This document shows, piece by piece, positions 1 to 9,314 of a stretch of DNA of 64,000 bases (positions are counted from its first letter, which is position 1; each line of letters opens with the position of its first letter). Both the position numbers and the translations under genes were made by a program. Source of the DNA: Candidatus Dojkabacteria bacterium. Its GTDB lineage: Bacteria > Patescibacteriota > Dojkabacteria > SC72. The notes beneath the pieces are model-generated. The model searched no databases, was not told the DNA's origin, and was given only the letters and a program-made list of their open reading frames with translations. The DNA lies in the NCBI GenBank assembly GCA_050950165.1, contig JBMNHC010000001.1:593073-657072 (forward strand), written 5' to 3'.

Positions 1-1983
1 TTGGGTGGTGTAAACTACGGTTTTCAAGCTGCTGCTAATGCTTACTTTGGTAAAGATGTTAGTGAATTAACTTTAGCAGAGAGTGCTTTAATAGCTGGCT
101 TGATTCAGAGTCCTGGTACCTACTCTCCTCTTTTTGGTACTAATCCAGATATGGCAAAATCTAGACAAACATATGTTCTTAATCAGATGTTAAAGCACAA
201 AAATTTAACAGGTGTAACTGAGGAGCAGATAGAGCAGGCAAAGAATGAAGAGTTAGTATACAGAACTAGGAGGATAGATATTAAGGCTCCTCACTTTGTA
301 TTCTATGTTAAACAACAGTTAGAGAATGAATTTGGTGTAGATCGTGTAGAGAGAGGTGGATTAAAGGTAAAGACTACGCTTGATTACTCTGTACAAGAGA
401 TTGCAGAAGAGGAAGTTAGAAATGCTATTGCAAAGAAAGGTTTACCATTTAAGGTAAATAACGGAGCTGCTGTAGTTATGAATCCAAATACTGGTGAGGT
501 ATTGGCTATGGTTGGGTCTGTAGATTACTGGAATGTAGATAATCCAAAAGTAGATGGTAATGTTAATGTAACAACTAGTAATAGGCAGGTTGGTTCTTCT
601 GCGAAGCCTTATGTATACCTAGCAGCTTTCTCTAAGAGATACGGTCCATGGACTTTAGCTCCTGATATTAAAATGTCTTTTGGTAATTATAGACCAGATA
701 ACTGGGATAAAACATTTGAGGGGATAGGGACAGCAAGAAGGAACTTAGGAAGGTCTAGAAACTTGCCCTCTGCATATACTCTACAGCTTGTAGGTATAGA
801 TAGTTTCCTTCAGGTTACAGAAAAATTGGGTATTACCACATTAAGGAATAAGGGAGATTACGGTTTAGCTTTGGCATTAGGAGCAGGTGAGATGAAATTA
901 ATTGAGCATACAGCTGCTTTTGGAGTGTTTGCTAATGAGGGAGTAAGAAACGAAACTGTATCGATACTAAAGGTTGAGGATTCTAAAGGTAATGTTCTAA
1001 AAGAGATAGAGGAGTTTAATGGTAAGCAGGTAATAGATGAGAAAGAGATATATTTGCTTAACTATATTATCTGTAATTTAAGTGGAATTGGGGATAGGAT
1101 AGGAGGGTCATACTCTAGGATTAAGGGTGTAAATCTATGTTTTAAAACGGGTACAACTGATGGACCTAAAGATTTAACAACAGTTATGTATCACAAAAAT
1201 CTTGTTGTTGGTGTATGGGCGGGAAATAATGATAATACTGTAACTCCTGGAGCTTGGGGAGTATCACTTCCTCTTCCAATGGCGTACAGTATAGTTAATA
1301 GATTGGCAGATAGATATCCAGTAGAAAGCTTTACACGTCCTTCTGGGATACTTTCTACTGCGGTATGTAAAGATACAGGAGCAGTACCTGCAGAGGGAGT
1401 AGAATGTGAGAAAGAGCCAACAGTATATATTGCAGGTAGACCTCCTCAGATGGATACTAGAGAGGTTGTACCAATATGTACAGCTAATGGTTTAATACCT
1501 ACCAATTTAGCAGCAGCGAGGCAGTATGGATTAGTCACAGACAAGATATATATGACATTCAAGTTAGAAAACCCTATGCAAAGAGAAGCATATCAAACCT
1601 ATTTGATGTCCGAAGAGGGTAGTGTGTATATATTCGAAAAGCCTGCAAGTGGTATATGTCCTCTTCCTTTAGGTCCAGATAATGCACCTGTGGTAGAGGT
1701 AGAGAAACCTGTTGTAAGTGCACAGTTTAAAAAGAATGAAACTATGGAGATTAAGGGTACTGTTAGATATCTAGATGAAATTAAAGAGTTTACAATATCC
1801 ATAGATGGTACTGCTATAGAGGGGGCAACTTTGGTAAATGGAGAGTATTCATTAACATATCCTGTTACTACATTATCTATTGGAAACCATACCCTAGTTA
1901 TATCTGCAAAGGATAAGCACAACAAGGTAGGTAGCAAGAGCGTACCTTTCTCTGTAATACATTCTATTGAACCTCTACCCTAA
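1..1983 (+). CDS. Class A penicillin-binding protein (transglycosylase/transpeptidase), 5'-truncated by the window, with C-terminal Cys-containing and Ig-like region
   Basis: GT51 motifs (YGFQAAANAYFGK, LTLAESALIAGL); transpeptidase SxxK (GSSAKP), SxN (SRN) and KTGT; no true start in the window. Confidence 0.9.
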   Translation: MGGVNYGFQAAANAYFGKDVSELTLAESALIAGLIQSPGTYSPLFGTNPDMAKSRQTYVLNQMLKHKNLTGVTEEQIEQAKNEELVYRTRRIDIKAPHFVFYVKQQLENEFGVDRVERGGLKVKTTLDYSVQEIAEEEVRNAIAKKGLPFKVNNGAAVVMNPNTGEVLAMVGSVDYWNVDNPKVDGNVNVTTSNRQVGSSAKPYVYLAAFSKRYGPWTLAPDIKMSFGNYRPDNWDKTFEGIGTARRNLGRSRNLPSAYTLQLVGIDSFLQVTEKLGITTLRNKGDYGLALALGAGEMKLIEHTAAFGVFANEGVRNETVSILKVEDSKGNVLKEIEEFNGKQVIDEKEIYLLNYIICNLSGIGDRIGGSYSRIKGVNLCFKTGTTDGPKDLTTVMYHKNLVVGVWAGNNDNTVTPGAWGVSLPLPMAYSIVNRLADRYPVESFTRPSGILSTAVCKDTGAVPAEGVECEKEPTVYIAGRPPQMDTREVVPICTANGLIPTNLAAARQYGLVTDKIYMTFKLENPMQREAYQTYLMSEEGSVYIFEKPASGICPLPLGPDNAPVVEVEKPVVSAQFKKNETMEIKGTVRYLDEIKEFTISIDGTAIEGATLVNGEYSLTYPVTTLSIGNHTLVISAKDKHNKVGSKSVPFSVIHSIEPLP

Positions 1984-4446
1984 CTTACCAACTTTTAGAA
2001 TTATCTTTTCTACAATCTTGTTTAGCTCTTTTGTACTCAATGTCTTCTCTTGGTGTTCTACAGATATTCTAATAGTTATATTTTTATTCTCATCATCCTT
2101 GCTATAGATATCTAAGCACTCTATTCTAACAAACCTATTCCTAGTATCTATACTACTAGAAACAATCTTCTCTATCTCTTTGTACTCTATCTTTCGATCT
2201 ACACTTAATGTAATATCTTGTACTATTGCTGGATACTTAGAACTCTGATATCTTACCTTGTTATCTCTCTCTATCTTTACTAATGACTCTAAATCTATCT
2301 CTAAACCTGCTGTAAATGTTGGAAGTTTGAAATTCCTCTTTACCTCATCTGCAAGTTCCCCTACTACTCCTAATATCTTTCCCTTATGTGTAATATATGC
2401 ACTAGACTTTGGATTAAAAGTAGGTATTAAATTCTTTATCCAAGAAGGTAAATCTTCCTGCGAAGTGGTATTAAGAAGTAGATATTCAATATGGTTAATT
2501 TTTAATGTAGTAAATATCTTTTCTAAATATCTCTTTACTTGATAGTAAGGGTTACCATCTATCTTACTCTCTTTTGATGTAAAAAGAAGTGCAAGATTCC
2601 ACTGCTCTTTAGGTAGTTGGAAATTATCCATATTACCCTTCTGATGAGCAATATTAAATTCATAGAGAGCAAAAGTGGGAATATTCCTTTCAATATTTTC
2701 TTGTGCTTTTGATAGCATAGAGGTTAGTAAAGATGTTCTCATTAAAGAAAGTTCTGGTGAGAGAGCATTCTTAATTACAAAAGAAAGATTAGGATCTTGA
2801 TTACTCTTCTTAACTAACTCTACACCAACAAAGCTATATGTATCTATCTCATTTGCTCCACTATTACTTAATATATCTCTTATCTGAGATTTCAAATCTA
2901 CTAGTTTATTTCTCTTAGTTGCAGAAAGCTCTCGTTTAGGAAGTAGAGGTTTAATATTGTTGTACCCATATATTCTTCCAACATCTTCGTGTATATCTTC
3001 AGGTATAGAGATGTCCATTCTAAATGAAGGAATCATGAGACTTATATATTCATCACTACTGTCTGATGTAATCTCTTTATACTCAATATTGGTAAGTATT
3101 GTCAGTATCTCTTCTTTAGATAGATTACTACCTAAATGATTATTTAAAGTAGAGATAGAAAGTGAAATCTTTTTAGGTAGAAGAGGTTCTGGATATATAT
3201 CTATAGTATCGCTAGCGATATTACCTTGAGCCAATTCATTTATTAATTGTGCAGTATATGTAATTATGGCTAAACAGTGATTAGGATCTAGTGCTTTTGT
3301 AAATCTAGTAGAAGCCTCTGTATTTATACCTAAAGACATAGAGCTTTTTCTGATATTGAATCTATCAAAATTTGCACACTCAAGTATGACTCTCTTTGTA
3401 TCTCTATCTATTTCTGTATCTTTCCCCCCTATTATCCCAGCTATTGCAATTGGGTGAGAGCTATCTGCAATAACGAGGGTGTTTGTGTCTAGTTGTACTA
3501 AAGTATTTTCCAATGTAGTAATGCTCTCTCCTTCTCTTGCCATTCTAATATTAATCTCTACCTCTTTCTCTCTTCTAATATCTCCATCTTTAACTTTGTC
3601 ATAGTCAAATGCATGCATAGGTTGTCCTGTTAGTATTGCAATGTAGTTAGTAATATCTACAACATTATTGATAGGTTTAATACCACATTTAAGAAGTATG
3701 GATTTTAGCCATATTGGAGAATCAGCTATTTCTACATCATCTATTACTAAACCTACATATCTAGGACATAGAGCTTGAGCACTATTTGTTATTTTAAAAG
3801 GTAGCTTAGAAACAGGTTTAACTAGTGTAGGTTCTTCATCTAAGTACCACTGTGGACTTAAAAAGGGTTTAGATTTAGCTGCAGATATCTCTCTTGCTAG
3901 TCCTAGTATACCGAAAAGGTCTGCTCTGTTAGTAAGAGCTTTGTTTTCTATCTCAACAACAGTGTCATTAAAGTTGTACACTTCTGCAAAAGTCTTACCT
4001 ACCTCTAACTCTTTATCTAATTTTAATACTCTACTATTATCTTGCCCAATATCTAATTCTTTTTCAGAACAGAGCATTCCACTAGAGCGTACACCTCTCA
4101 TCTTTATCTCTTTAATCTCAAATGGTTGTGATGTTGCATATGTAGAAGGAACGATATTGCCAGGTTTAATATATGCAACCTTATCTCCAACCTCTAAAGC
4201 CTTATCTCCTGCTACTACCTGAATCTTATAATCTTGCCCTATTGTTATCTGATATATTGCAAGTTTCTGTGCTTCTGGATGGTCCTTTTTAGAAAGTATT
4301 TCAGCAATGTATATACCCTCATACATCTCATTGTATCTCTTGTATCCCTCTACTTCCCCTATCTTTGTAGAGAGAATCTCTAGAAGTTCTTCTAGGGTAA
4401 TATCTAAATCTGTAAACTCTTTTATACTACTAACAGGTAATTTCAT
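1975..4446 (-). CDS. pheT: Phenylalanine--tRNA ligase beta subunit
   Basis: tRNA-binding OB fold (MRGVRSSGMLCS), NRADLFG, INNVVDITNY, RMDI..EDI.EDVGR; follows pheS. Confidence 0.97.
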   Translation of the reverse strand: MKLPVSSIKEFTDLDITLEELLEILSTKIGEVEGYKRYNEMYEGIYIAEILSKKDHPEAQKLAIYQITIGQDYKIQVVAGDKALEVGDKVAYIKPGNIVPSTYATSQPFEIKEIKMRGVRSSGMLCSEKELDIGQDNSRVLKLDKELEVGKTFAEVYNFNDTVVEIENKALTNRADLFGILGLAREISAAKSKPFLSPQWYLDEEPTLVKPVSKLPFKITNSAQALCPRYVGLVIDDVEIADSPIWLKSILLKCGIKPINNVVDITNYIAILTGQPMHAFDYDKVKDGDIRREKEVEINIRMAREGESITTLENTLVQLDTNTLVIADSSHPIAIAGIIGGKDTEIDRDTKRVILECANFDRFNIRKSSMSLGINTEASTRFTKALDPNHCLAIITYTAQLINELAQGNIASDTIDIYPEPLLPKKISLSISTLNNHLGSNLSKEEILTILTNIEYKEITSDSSDEYISLMIPSFRMDISIPEDIHEDVGRIYGYNNIKPLLPKRELSATKRNKLVDLKSQIRDILSNSGANEIDTYSFVGVELVKKSNQDPNLSFVIKNALSPELSLMRTSLLTSMLSKAQENIERNIPTFALYEFNIAHQKGNMDNFQLPKEQWNLALLFTSKESKIDGNPYYQVKRYLEKIFTTLKINHIEYLLLNTTSQEDLPSWIKNLIPTFNPKSSAYITHKGKILGVVGELADEVKRNFKLPTFTAGLEIDLESLVKIERDNKVRYQSSKYPAIVQDITLSVDRKIEYKEIEKIVSSSIDTRNRFVRIECLDIYSKDDENKNITIRISVEHQEKTLSTKELNKIVEKIILKVGKLG

Positions 4447-4447
4447 A

Positions 4448-5479
4448 TTAGAACTGTTTCAAGAAGTTAAGGTCTCCATCTCGGAGCTTACGAATATCTG
4501 AGATATTCTTTTTTATCAATGTTAATCTATCTAATCCTACTCCCCATGCAAAACCAGAATATTCTTTAGAATCTATTCCACCTGCTGCTAAAACATTAGG
4601 ATGAATCATTCCACATCCCATTAATTCTATCCATCCACTATGACCACATGTACTACATCCTTTTTTCTTACAGAATGGACAACTAATTACAAATTCAGCA
4701 TCAGGTTCTGTAAATGGAAAGTATGAGGGTTGTATCTTTATATCTAGCTCTGTTTCTAAATATTTTTCTAAGTACTCTTTAATAACTCCCTGCATATGTG
4801 CAAAGGAGATACCTTTATCTACATATATTCCCTCTATCTGATAGAAGGTATGTTCATGGTTTGCATCAGTAGCTTCATTTCTAAAACATCTTCCAGGTAA
4901 CACAACCCTTATGGGTGGAGGTCCGTATCTTCTTAATGCCCTATTTTGCATTGTAGATGTATGGGCAGGTAGTACAAATCCGTCTTCTGTCCAGAAGGTA
5001 TCATACATATCTCTGGCAGGATGACCTTTAGGAAAGTTAAGACTTTCAAACATATGAAAGTCATCATCTAATTGTTTACTCTCCATTATGTCAAAACCCA
5101 TTCTAGAGAATATATCTAAGATGATTTCTAACTCTTGCATTAGAGGATGCTTTGATCCATGTAGGTCTAATATTCTTGGTCTTTTATTCTTATCTGTATT
5201 TATATCAAACGAAGCACTAGGGTCTATATTCTGTTTATCTAAATCTTGAATATCATCGTCATTGTTTTTAAGATTGATATTTTCTTCTATTAATTTTTTA
5301 ATAGCGTTGATTTTCTGTCCATACTCTTTTCTCTTACTAGGATCTATATTCTTGATCTCATTGAAGAGTTCTTTAAGGATACCTTTTTTAGAAAGATATT
5401 TATGTTTAAGCTCTTCTACTGTTAATTTATTGATATCTTGATCTATACTTTTTTGTATCTTTTCAATATCTTTGGACAT
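4448..5479 (-). CDS. pheS: Phenylalanine--tRNA ligase alpha subunit
   Basis: HPARDMYDTF, HTSTMQ, FYQIEG, YFPFTEP, GFAWGVGLDRL; ATG at 5479 preferred over the longer ORF start at 5518. Confidence 0.97.
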   Translation of the reverse strand: MSKDIEKIQKSIDQDINKLTVEELKHKYLSKKGILKELFNEIKNIDPSKRKEYGQKINAIKKLIEENINLKNNDDDIQDLDKQNIDPSASFDINTDKNKRPRILDLHGSKHPLMQELEIILDIFSRMGFDIMESKQLDDDFHMFESLNFPKGHPARDMYDTFWTEDGFVLPAHTSTMQNRALRRYGPPPIRVVLPGRCFRNEATDANHEHTFYQIEGIYVDKGISFAHMQGVIKEYLEKYLETELDIKIQPSYFPFTEPDAEFVISCPFCKKKGCSTCGHSGWIELMGCGMIHPNVLAAGGIDSKEYSGFAWGVGLDRLTLIKKNISDIRKLRDGDLNFLKQF

Positions 5480-5543
5480 ATATAAAGGATATGACTTTAT
5501 GGTAGAAGTATACAACATTTAGTTATTTTGAGTAAGGGAGGTT

Positions 5544-5882
5544 TTAGAGAGATTTTACAATGGTACTAAATACCTCTGGATTGTTTACAGCGATATCTGC
5601 TAAAACCTTTCTATTTAGTTGAGAACCTTTCTTATTTAATCTGTTTATGAAATCTTTATATTGTATATTATTATTTTTACATGCTGCATTAATCTTTTGA
5701 ATCCATAGCTTTCTCATCTCTCCTGCTCTCTTTCTCCTATCATTGTATGAGTATTGACCAGCATGCATATATGCCTCATGTGCTACCTTGTATAGCTTGC
5801 TTTTAGTCATTCTGTATCCTTTTGTCTTAGAAAGGATTTTCTTATGTCTTCTTTTTCTTACAATTCCACCTCTTACTCTCAT
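5544..5882 (-). CDS. rplT: 50S ribosomal protein L20
   Basis: MRVRGG..RKRRHKK, LWIQKINAA, LNRKVLADIA; infC-rpmI-rplT order. Confidence 0.97.
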   Translation of the reverse strand: MRVRGGIVRKRRHKKILSKTKGYRMTKSKLYKVAHEAYMHAGQYSYNDRRKRAGEMRKLWIQKINAACKNNNIQYKDFINRLNKKGSQLNRKVLADIAVNNPEVFSTIVKSL

Positions 5883-5889
5883 ATCTTTA

Positions 5890-6105
5890 CTAGTTTAAGT
5901 TAACGATGATTTTCCTTAAATTCTTCTCTACAGAACTATGTACCAATCCCTTAGAATCTTGTCTACGTTTGGATTTAGAAGACCTTTTTGTTCTTAAGTG
6001 GCCTTGATGACTTTGGTTATACATCATTTTGGCCTTCCTGTTGCCCTTTGGATTGGATAGCCTTATTCTCTTTATTGCTGTTTTGTTTGTTCTTTGACGT
6101 GCCAT
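5890..6105 (-). CDS. rpmI: 50S ribosomal protein L35
   Basis: Basic 71-aa protein with RTNKTAIKR and HLRTKRSSK, located between infC and rplT. Confidence 0.85.
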   Translation of the reverse strand: MARQRTNKTAIKRIRLSNPKGNRKAKMMYNQSHQGHLRTKRSSKSKRRQDSKGLVHSSVEKNLRKIIVNLN

Positions 6106-6616
6106 TTTTCTTAAATGTTATTGAAATTCTATTACCTTCACTCTTTAATTCGGGCTCTATAGTACTATATTCAGTGAAATTCGTCAATATATCATTAAAA
6201 ACAGATAGTGCTTGTTCATATGTTTGACGACCTTTTCTCTGTACAGTAATTCTAACAGGGTAGTTTTTTTCTAAGAATTCATGAGCTCTTCTTATCTTAG
6301 TATTTTTATCTCCTTGATCTATGACTGTACTAAATCTAAATTCTTTCTGATCTTTTGCCTTCGTTGCTTTATTCTTTTTCATCTTCTTATTCTGTTCGTA
6401 GATGTATCTAGAGTAATTCATTATTCTACAAACTGGAGGTTGTGATGTTGGACCTACTTCTACTAAATCTAGTTCAGCATCTTGTGCTAATCTAATTGCT
6501 TCCTGTCTGCTTAACTCTCCTAAATTTTTTCCTTCCTGATCTATAACTAATACCTTCTCTGCTCTTATCCACTCGTTTATACGAGTATTATCTCTGTTAG
6601 ATTTTTTAAAATCCAT
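6017..6616 (-). CDS. infC: Translation initiation factor IF-3
   Basis: RINEWIRA, LDLVEV, PPVCRIMNY, KEFRF; C-terminal tail overlaps rpmI by 89 nt. Confidence 0.96.
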   Translation of the reverse strand: MDFKKSNRDNTRINEWIRAEKVLVIDQEGKNLGELSRQEAIRLAQDAELDLVEVGPTSQPPVCRIMNYSRYIYEQNKKMKKNKATKAKDQKEFRFSTVIDQGDKNTKIRRAHEFLEKNYPVRITVQRKGRQTYEQALSVFNDILTNFTEYSTIEPELKSEGNRISITFKKNGTSKNKQNSNKENKAIQSKGQQEGQNDV

Positions 6617-6640
6617 TTAAAAATTTTTAATTTAATTAAT

Positions 6641-8398
6641 TTAAATATGACCTTTCTCTCTTATCTCTTCTTCAAGGTAGTCTATAAACTCTTGTTTTTT
6701 CATCAACCCAATCTCTTTATTCATTCTAGACCTAACTGATACAGTCTCTGTCTCTATCTCCTTCTCTCCCACTATTGCAAGATATGGGATCTTTAGTTTT
6801 TCTGCATCTCTAATCTTGGATTGCATACTTTTAGCTCTATCATCTATCTCAGCTCTAATGTTGGAGTTTTTTAGAGATTGTAATATCTCTCTTGCATAGT
6901 CTAGGTGTTTTTCAGAGATTGGAATTACTACTACTTGATCAGGTGATAACCAGAGAGGGAAATCTCCTCCGTGATGTTCAATTAAAAATGCAAAAAATCT
7001 TTCAAAAGATCCTATCAATGCTCTATGTATTACAAATGGTTCTTTCTCTACTCCATCTGAATCTACATATGTAATATTGAATTTCTCTGGCATATTAAAA
7101 TCTAGTTGGAGTGTAGATACAGAATCTTCCTTACCGAATACATTAACGGCTTGTATATCTATCTTAGGGCCGTAGAATGCAGCATCTCCTGGCATCTCTT
7201 CAAATTCCACCTCTCGTTCTTGTAGTACTCTTCTGAGTGCCTCTTCAGTAATCTCCCACTTCTCAATACTACCTGCATATTTCTCTCGATTCTCATCCTT
7301 ACTGGAGAGAGAGAGTCTAAACTTGTATTTATCAAATCCCACATCTTTGTAGAATGTCTCTAACATATCTAATGTTTCATTTAATACCGAATCTAGTTGT
7401 TCTGGTGTACAGAAAAGGTGAGCATCATTTTGTGTAAATCCTCTTACTCTTTGTAAGCCGTGTAGTTCTCCAGATTTTTCAAACCTGTATACAGTACCAA
7501 ACTCTCCAAGCTTGTATGGTAGGTCTCTATAGCTTTTAGGTTCTAGTTTGTAGACCATAAATGCTGCAGGACAGTTCATAGGTTTAAGGTAGTACTCTTC
7601 TTCTTCAACTTTAATGGGTGAATACATAGATTCTTTGTAAAAGTCTAAGTGTCCTGAAGTTTGAAAAAGCTCTCCCTTATTTATATGTGGTGTTAATATA
7701 TGCTCATATCCATGCTTTCTTTCTAAATCAAGCATATATTCTTCTAATATTCTTCTAATCATATATCCTCTTGGTAGCCAGATGGGTAGACCTTGTCCAA
7801 CCTCAGGTATTATGGCAAACAATTTTAACTGTTTACCTAATCTTCTGTGATTTCTTCTCTCTGCTTCTTCTAATTGAGATAGGTATTCCTTAAGTTCTTC
7901 TTTTGTTTCAAATGTAGTACCATATATTCTAGTTAACATCTTCTTTGTTTCATCGCCTCTCCAGTAAGCACCTGCTGTCTTAAGAAGCTTTATTGGCCCT
8001 ATCTCACCAGTATTTTCTACATGAGGACCTCTACACATATCTACAAACTCATTATCTCCTGTAATGAAGAAACTAACCTGTTCATCAGGTATCTCTTCTA
8101 GAAGTTCTAATTTGTACTCTTGACCGATATTTTTTAAATATTTAATTGCCTCTTTTCGTTTCATAAAGGTTTGAGTAATTTGAAGCTTCCTCTTAATGAT
8201 TTTCTTCATCTCTTCCTCTATCGGTTTTAAATCTTCCTCTTCAAGTGGTTCTACAAACTCAAAATCGTAGTAGAAACCGTTTTCTATAGCTGGCCCTATT
8301 CCCAACTTAGCATCAGGGTAAAGCTTAAGTACTGCTTCTGCCAACACATGTGCTGCAGAGTGTCTCATTTTTTCTAATTTATTAGTATCTTCTTGCAT
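6641..8398 (-). CDS. thrS: Threonine--tRNA ligase (short form lacking the N-terminal TGS domain)
   Basis: RHSAAHVLA, DMCRGPH, KPMNCP, RVRGFTQND, AAFYGPKID, IHRALIGS. Confidence 0.98.
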   Translation of the reverse strand: MQEDTNKLEKMRHSAAHVLAEAVLKLYPDAKLGIGPAIENGFYYDFEFVEPLEEEDLKPIEEEMKKIIKRKLQITQTFMKRKEAIKYLKNIGQEYKLELLEEIPDEQVSFFITGDNEFVDMCRGPHVENTGEIGPIKLLKTAGAYWRGDETKKMLTRIYGTTFETKEELKEYLSQLEEAERRNHRRLGKQLKLFAIIPEVGQGLPIWLPRGYMIRRILEEYMLDLERKHGYEHILTPHINKGELFQTSGHLDFYKESMYSPIKVEEEEYYLKPMNCPAAFMVYKLEPKSYRDLPYKLGEFGTVYRFEKSGELHGLQRVRGFTQNDAHLFCTPEQLDSVLNETLDMLETFYKDVGFDKYKFRLSLSSKDENREKYAGSIEKWEITEEALRRVLQEREVEFEEMPGDAAFYGPKIDIQAVNVFGKEDSVSTLQLDFNMPEKFNITYVDSDGVEKEPFVIHRALIGSFERFFAFLIEHHGGDFPLWLSPDQVVVIPISEKHLDYAREILQSLKNSNIRAEIDDRAKSMQSKIRDAEKLKIPYLAIVGEKEIETETVSVRSRMNKEIGLMKKQEFIDYLEEEIREKGHI

Positions 8399-8563
8399 AT
8401 ATTTAGGTTATTGAAATAAATGGTGTGTGAAAAAGTTTTGTACAAAAGAGAAGTATCATTAAAAAAATACTGTAAAAACAATCTTACTTAAATCTCTTCT
8501 GTTAGTAATGAATTTTGTATACATCTGTAGTATTTTATTCTTTTTCATCTAATTATGCAATCT

Positions 8564-9298
8564 TTACTTAACTACAATGAAAAAAGATATTGAGTTAAGA
8601 CCAAACTCATATGTTTCTACTCTTTTAATATGTTCTAAGGCTAGTGTATCAATGGGGTATCTTCTTGGATGTTTTACTATTAATACACCTTTAAACTTTT
8701 TTGTTTTAGGATCTTTTACACCTGGTAGTAAATATGATGCTTCATTAATTACTTTTTCCATCTTAAAAACTCTTTTTGTATTGTAAAGTTTGTATGGTGG
8801 ATCCATGAATATGACATCGAAGGTTTCATCCTCTTTTATCTTTTTATTTAGATATTCCTCTACCTTAGATTTAATGACTGTTGATTCAGGTAGGAAACCT
8901 GTATGTGCAACATTCTTACTAATTACCTGAAAGGCTTGTTTAGATGCATCTACAAAGGTAACTTCGCTTGCTCCTCTGGAGAGTGCTTCTAGTCCAAAAG
9001 ATCCTGCTCCAGCATAGAGATCTAGTACTTTTTTCTTACTAATATCTTCTCTTAAAAGATCAAATATTCTAACCTTCATTCTGTCTGTTAATGGTCTAGT
9101 AGCTCTAGGTATATCTATATGGAAGTTTTTGGCTTTTCCTCCAGTTATTCTTACCTTTGCATCTATAGTGGGTTCTTTACTTTGTAACCTTTCTCTAAGA
9201 AAAAGATTTTCTCTTTCTTCATATTCTTGCCATGTTTCAACTTTGTGTTTACTTTTTTCTTTTCTTAATTTTTTAGGTGAATCGAATTTTAAGCTCAT
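8564..9298 (-). CDS. rsmD: RsmD-family rRNA methyltransferase
   Basis: RITGG, TRP.TDR, LDLYAGAGSFGLEALSRG, DPPY. Confidence 0.88.
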   Translation of the reverse strand: MSLKFDSPKKLRKEKSKHKVETWQEYEERENLFLRERLQSKEPTIDAKVRITGGKAKNFHIDIPRATRPLTDRMKVRIFDLLREDISKKKVLDLYAGAGSFGLEALSRGASEVTFVDASKQAFQVISKNVAHTGFLPESTVIKSKVEEYLNKKIKEDETFDVIFMDPPYKLYNTKRVFKMEKVINEASYLLPGVKDPKTKKFKGVLIVKHPRRYPIDTLALEHIKRVETYEFGLNSISFFIVVK

Positions 9299-9314
9299 AT
9301 TAGTGCGTATTTTA

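Noticed and set aside
8459-8548. 29-codon minus-strand ORF and weak AT-rich pairing upstream of thrS (possible attenuator or T-box)
   Set aside because: No T-box consensus, no Thr-codon run and no convincing terminator; expected by chance in AT-rich DNA
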